Assembly (NCBI GenBank): GCA_034780895.1
Contig: JAUZTB010000068.1
Coordinates: 32,511,319 to 32,575,318 of the forward strand
Origin: Rhynchobatus australiae
Lineage: Eukaryota
Direction of reading: 5' to 3'
DNA: 64,000 nucleotides
In this document: piece by piece, positions 63,128 through 64,000 of the stretch
Numbering within the stretch: position 1 is the first letter of the stretch
Layout: the number at the start of each line of letters is the position of its first letter
Notes under the pieces: generated by a model
Told to the model about the DNA's origin: nothing
The model's database searches: none
Seen by the model: the letters and a program-made list of their open reading frames with translations, nothing else
Position numbers and translations under genes: made by a program

Positions 63128-64000
63128 NNNNNNNNNNNNNNNNNNNNNNNNNNNNNNNNNNNNNNNNNNNNNNNNNNNNNNNNNNNNNNNNNNNNNNNNN
63201 NNNNNNNNNNNNNNNNNNNNNNNNNNNNNNNNNNNNNNNNNNNNNNNNNNNNNNNNNNNNNNNNNNNNNNNNNNNNNNNNCACATAAGTGAAAAATGCCT
63301 TGAGTTTTTTAAGTTTATACCACCAGAGACTAGAACTCAATCCAGGTTGGTGGTTAAGTGCAATATTAAGGGAGTTGGGCAGTGATATGCTTTAAGATGT
63401 GATGGTAAATAAATTGGTTTATTATTGTCACATATACTGAGGTACAGTGGGGGGACAAAAGGGCATGAGGTTTTTTTTTGTTTTCCTTTTAAAAGCACTT
63501 GTGTTAGTTTTGAGGTCTTTTCAGAATAAAGAATGTTTTTCATCATTAATAAAGTTTTGCTATAAACTGTTTCCGGAAACTAATCCAGTTTCCCCTGGTT
63601 AATCAGGTTGGGTTCTTTGGAAACCACATAGATGAAAGATATTTTTGTTCTCCTGATAACCTGTGTATGTTGTTTCTGGAAAATGGTTGGTCAGTTAAAT
63701 AACTGAGCTGTGATAAAGGCCTTCTGTTTGCTTTCATTTCCCCTAACTTTTTTGTATCACTACTCAGTCGAGTGATTGCCAGTTTGTAAAACCCATGCCT
63801 AGGGGTTGAATGGTTAGTTATCTATGGTCCTGTGATTTGCATATGGTCGAAATTGGATACTAAATTAGTTTACATCTTATTTTTAGATAAGAATGTCTGC
63901 TGTTAGCCAGGAAGGGCAAAGTACAACTTTGCTACCACAAACATTCTCGTACAAAAGAGCAGTTGCTCAGTGTGGCACTGAATAGACTCTTTTTTGCATG

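Noticed and set aside
1-64000. Prokaryotic systems (CRISPR arrays, operons, rRNA)
   Set aside because: The sequence is vertebrate intronic/intergenic DNA, with no regularly spaced repeat-spacer array or dense coding.

Overview
AT-rich, CpG-depleted, gap-ridden vertebrate genomic DNA. The repeat content (V-SINEs, Deu-type SINEs, CR1, Rex1/Babar and Penelope-like elements) is typical of a cartilaginous fish, probably a shark or ray; this is inferred from repeat style, not from a database hit. The only protein-coding gene I can support is the 5' part of PTP4A2 (PRL-2 phosphatase) on the + strand. Its exon 56371-56937 carries a long 5'UTR and the start codon at 56842, and the next coding exon is 60514-60606. 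The 5'UTR holds an intact 21-codon upstream ORF matching the magnesium-sensing PRL uORF, plus two smaller uORFs. The rest is mostly probable intron 1 and upstream DNA full of decayed transposons, with a candidate CpG-island promoter around the 6.8-7.1 kb gap. The most unusual signal is two insertions (19439-20919 and 33513-34356) flanked by perfect 12-bp and 11-bp target-site duplications. Each ends in a Penelope-type terminal repeat of a family with a hammerhead-like motif but carries unrelated GC/CpG-rich cargo, which suggests Penelope-terminus-mediated mobilisation of foreign or host DNA. Repeat boundaries are approximate (read by eye), and assembly gaps fall inside both key insertions.
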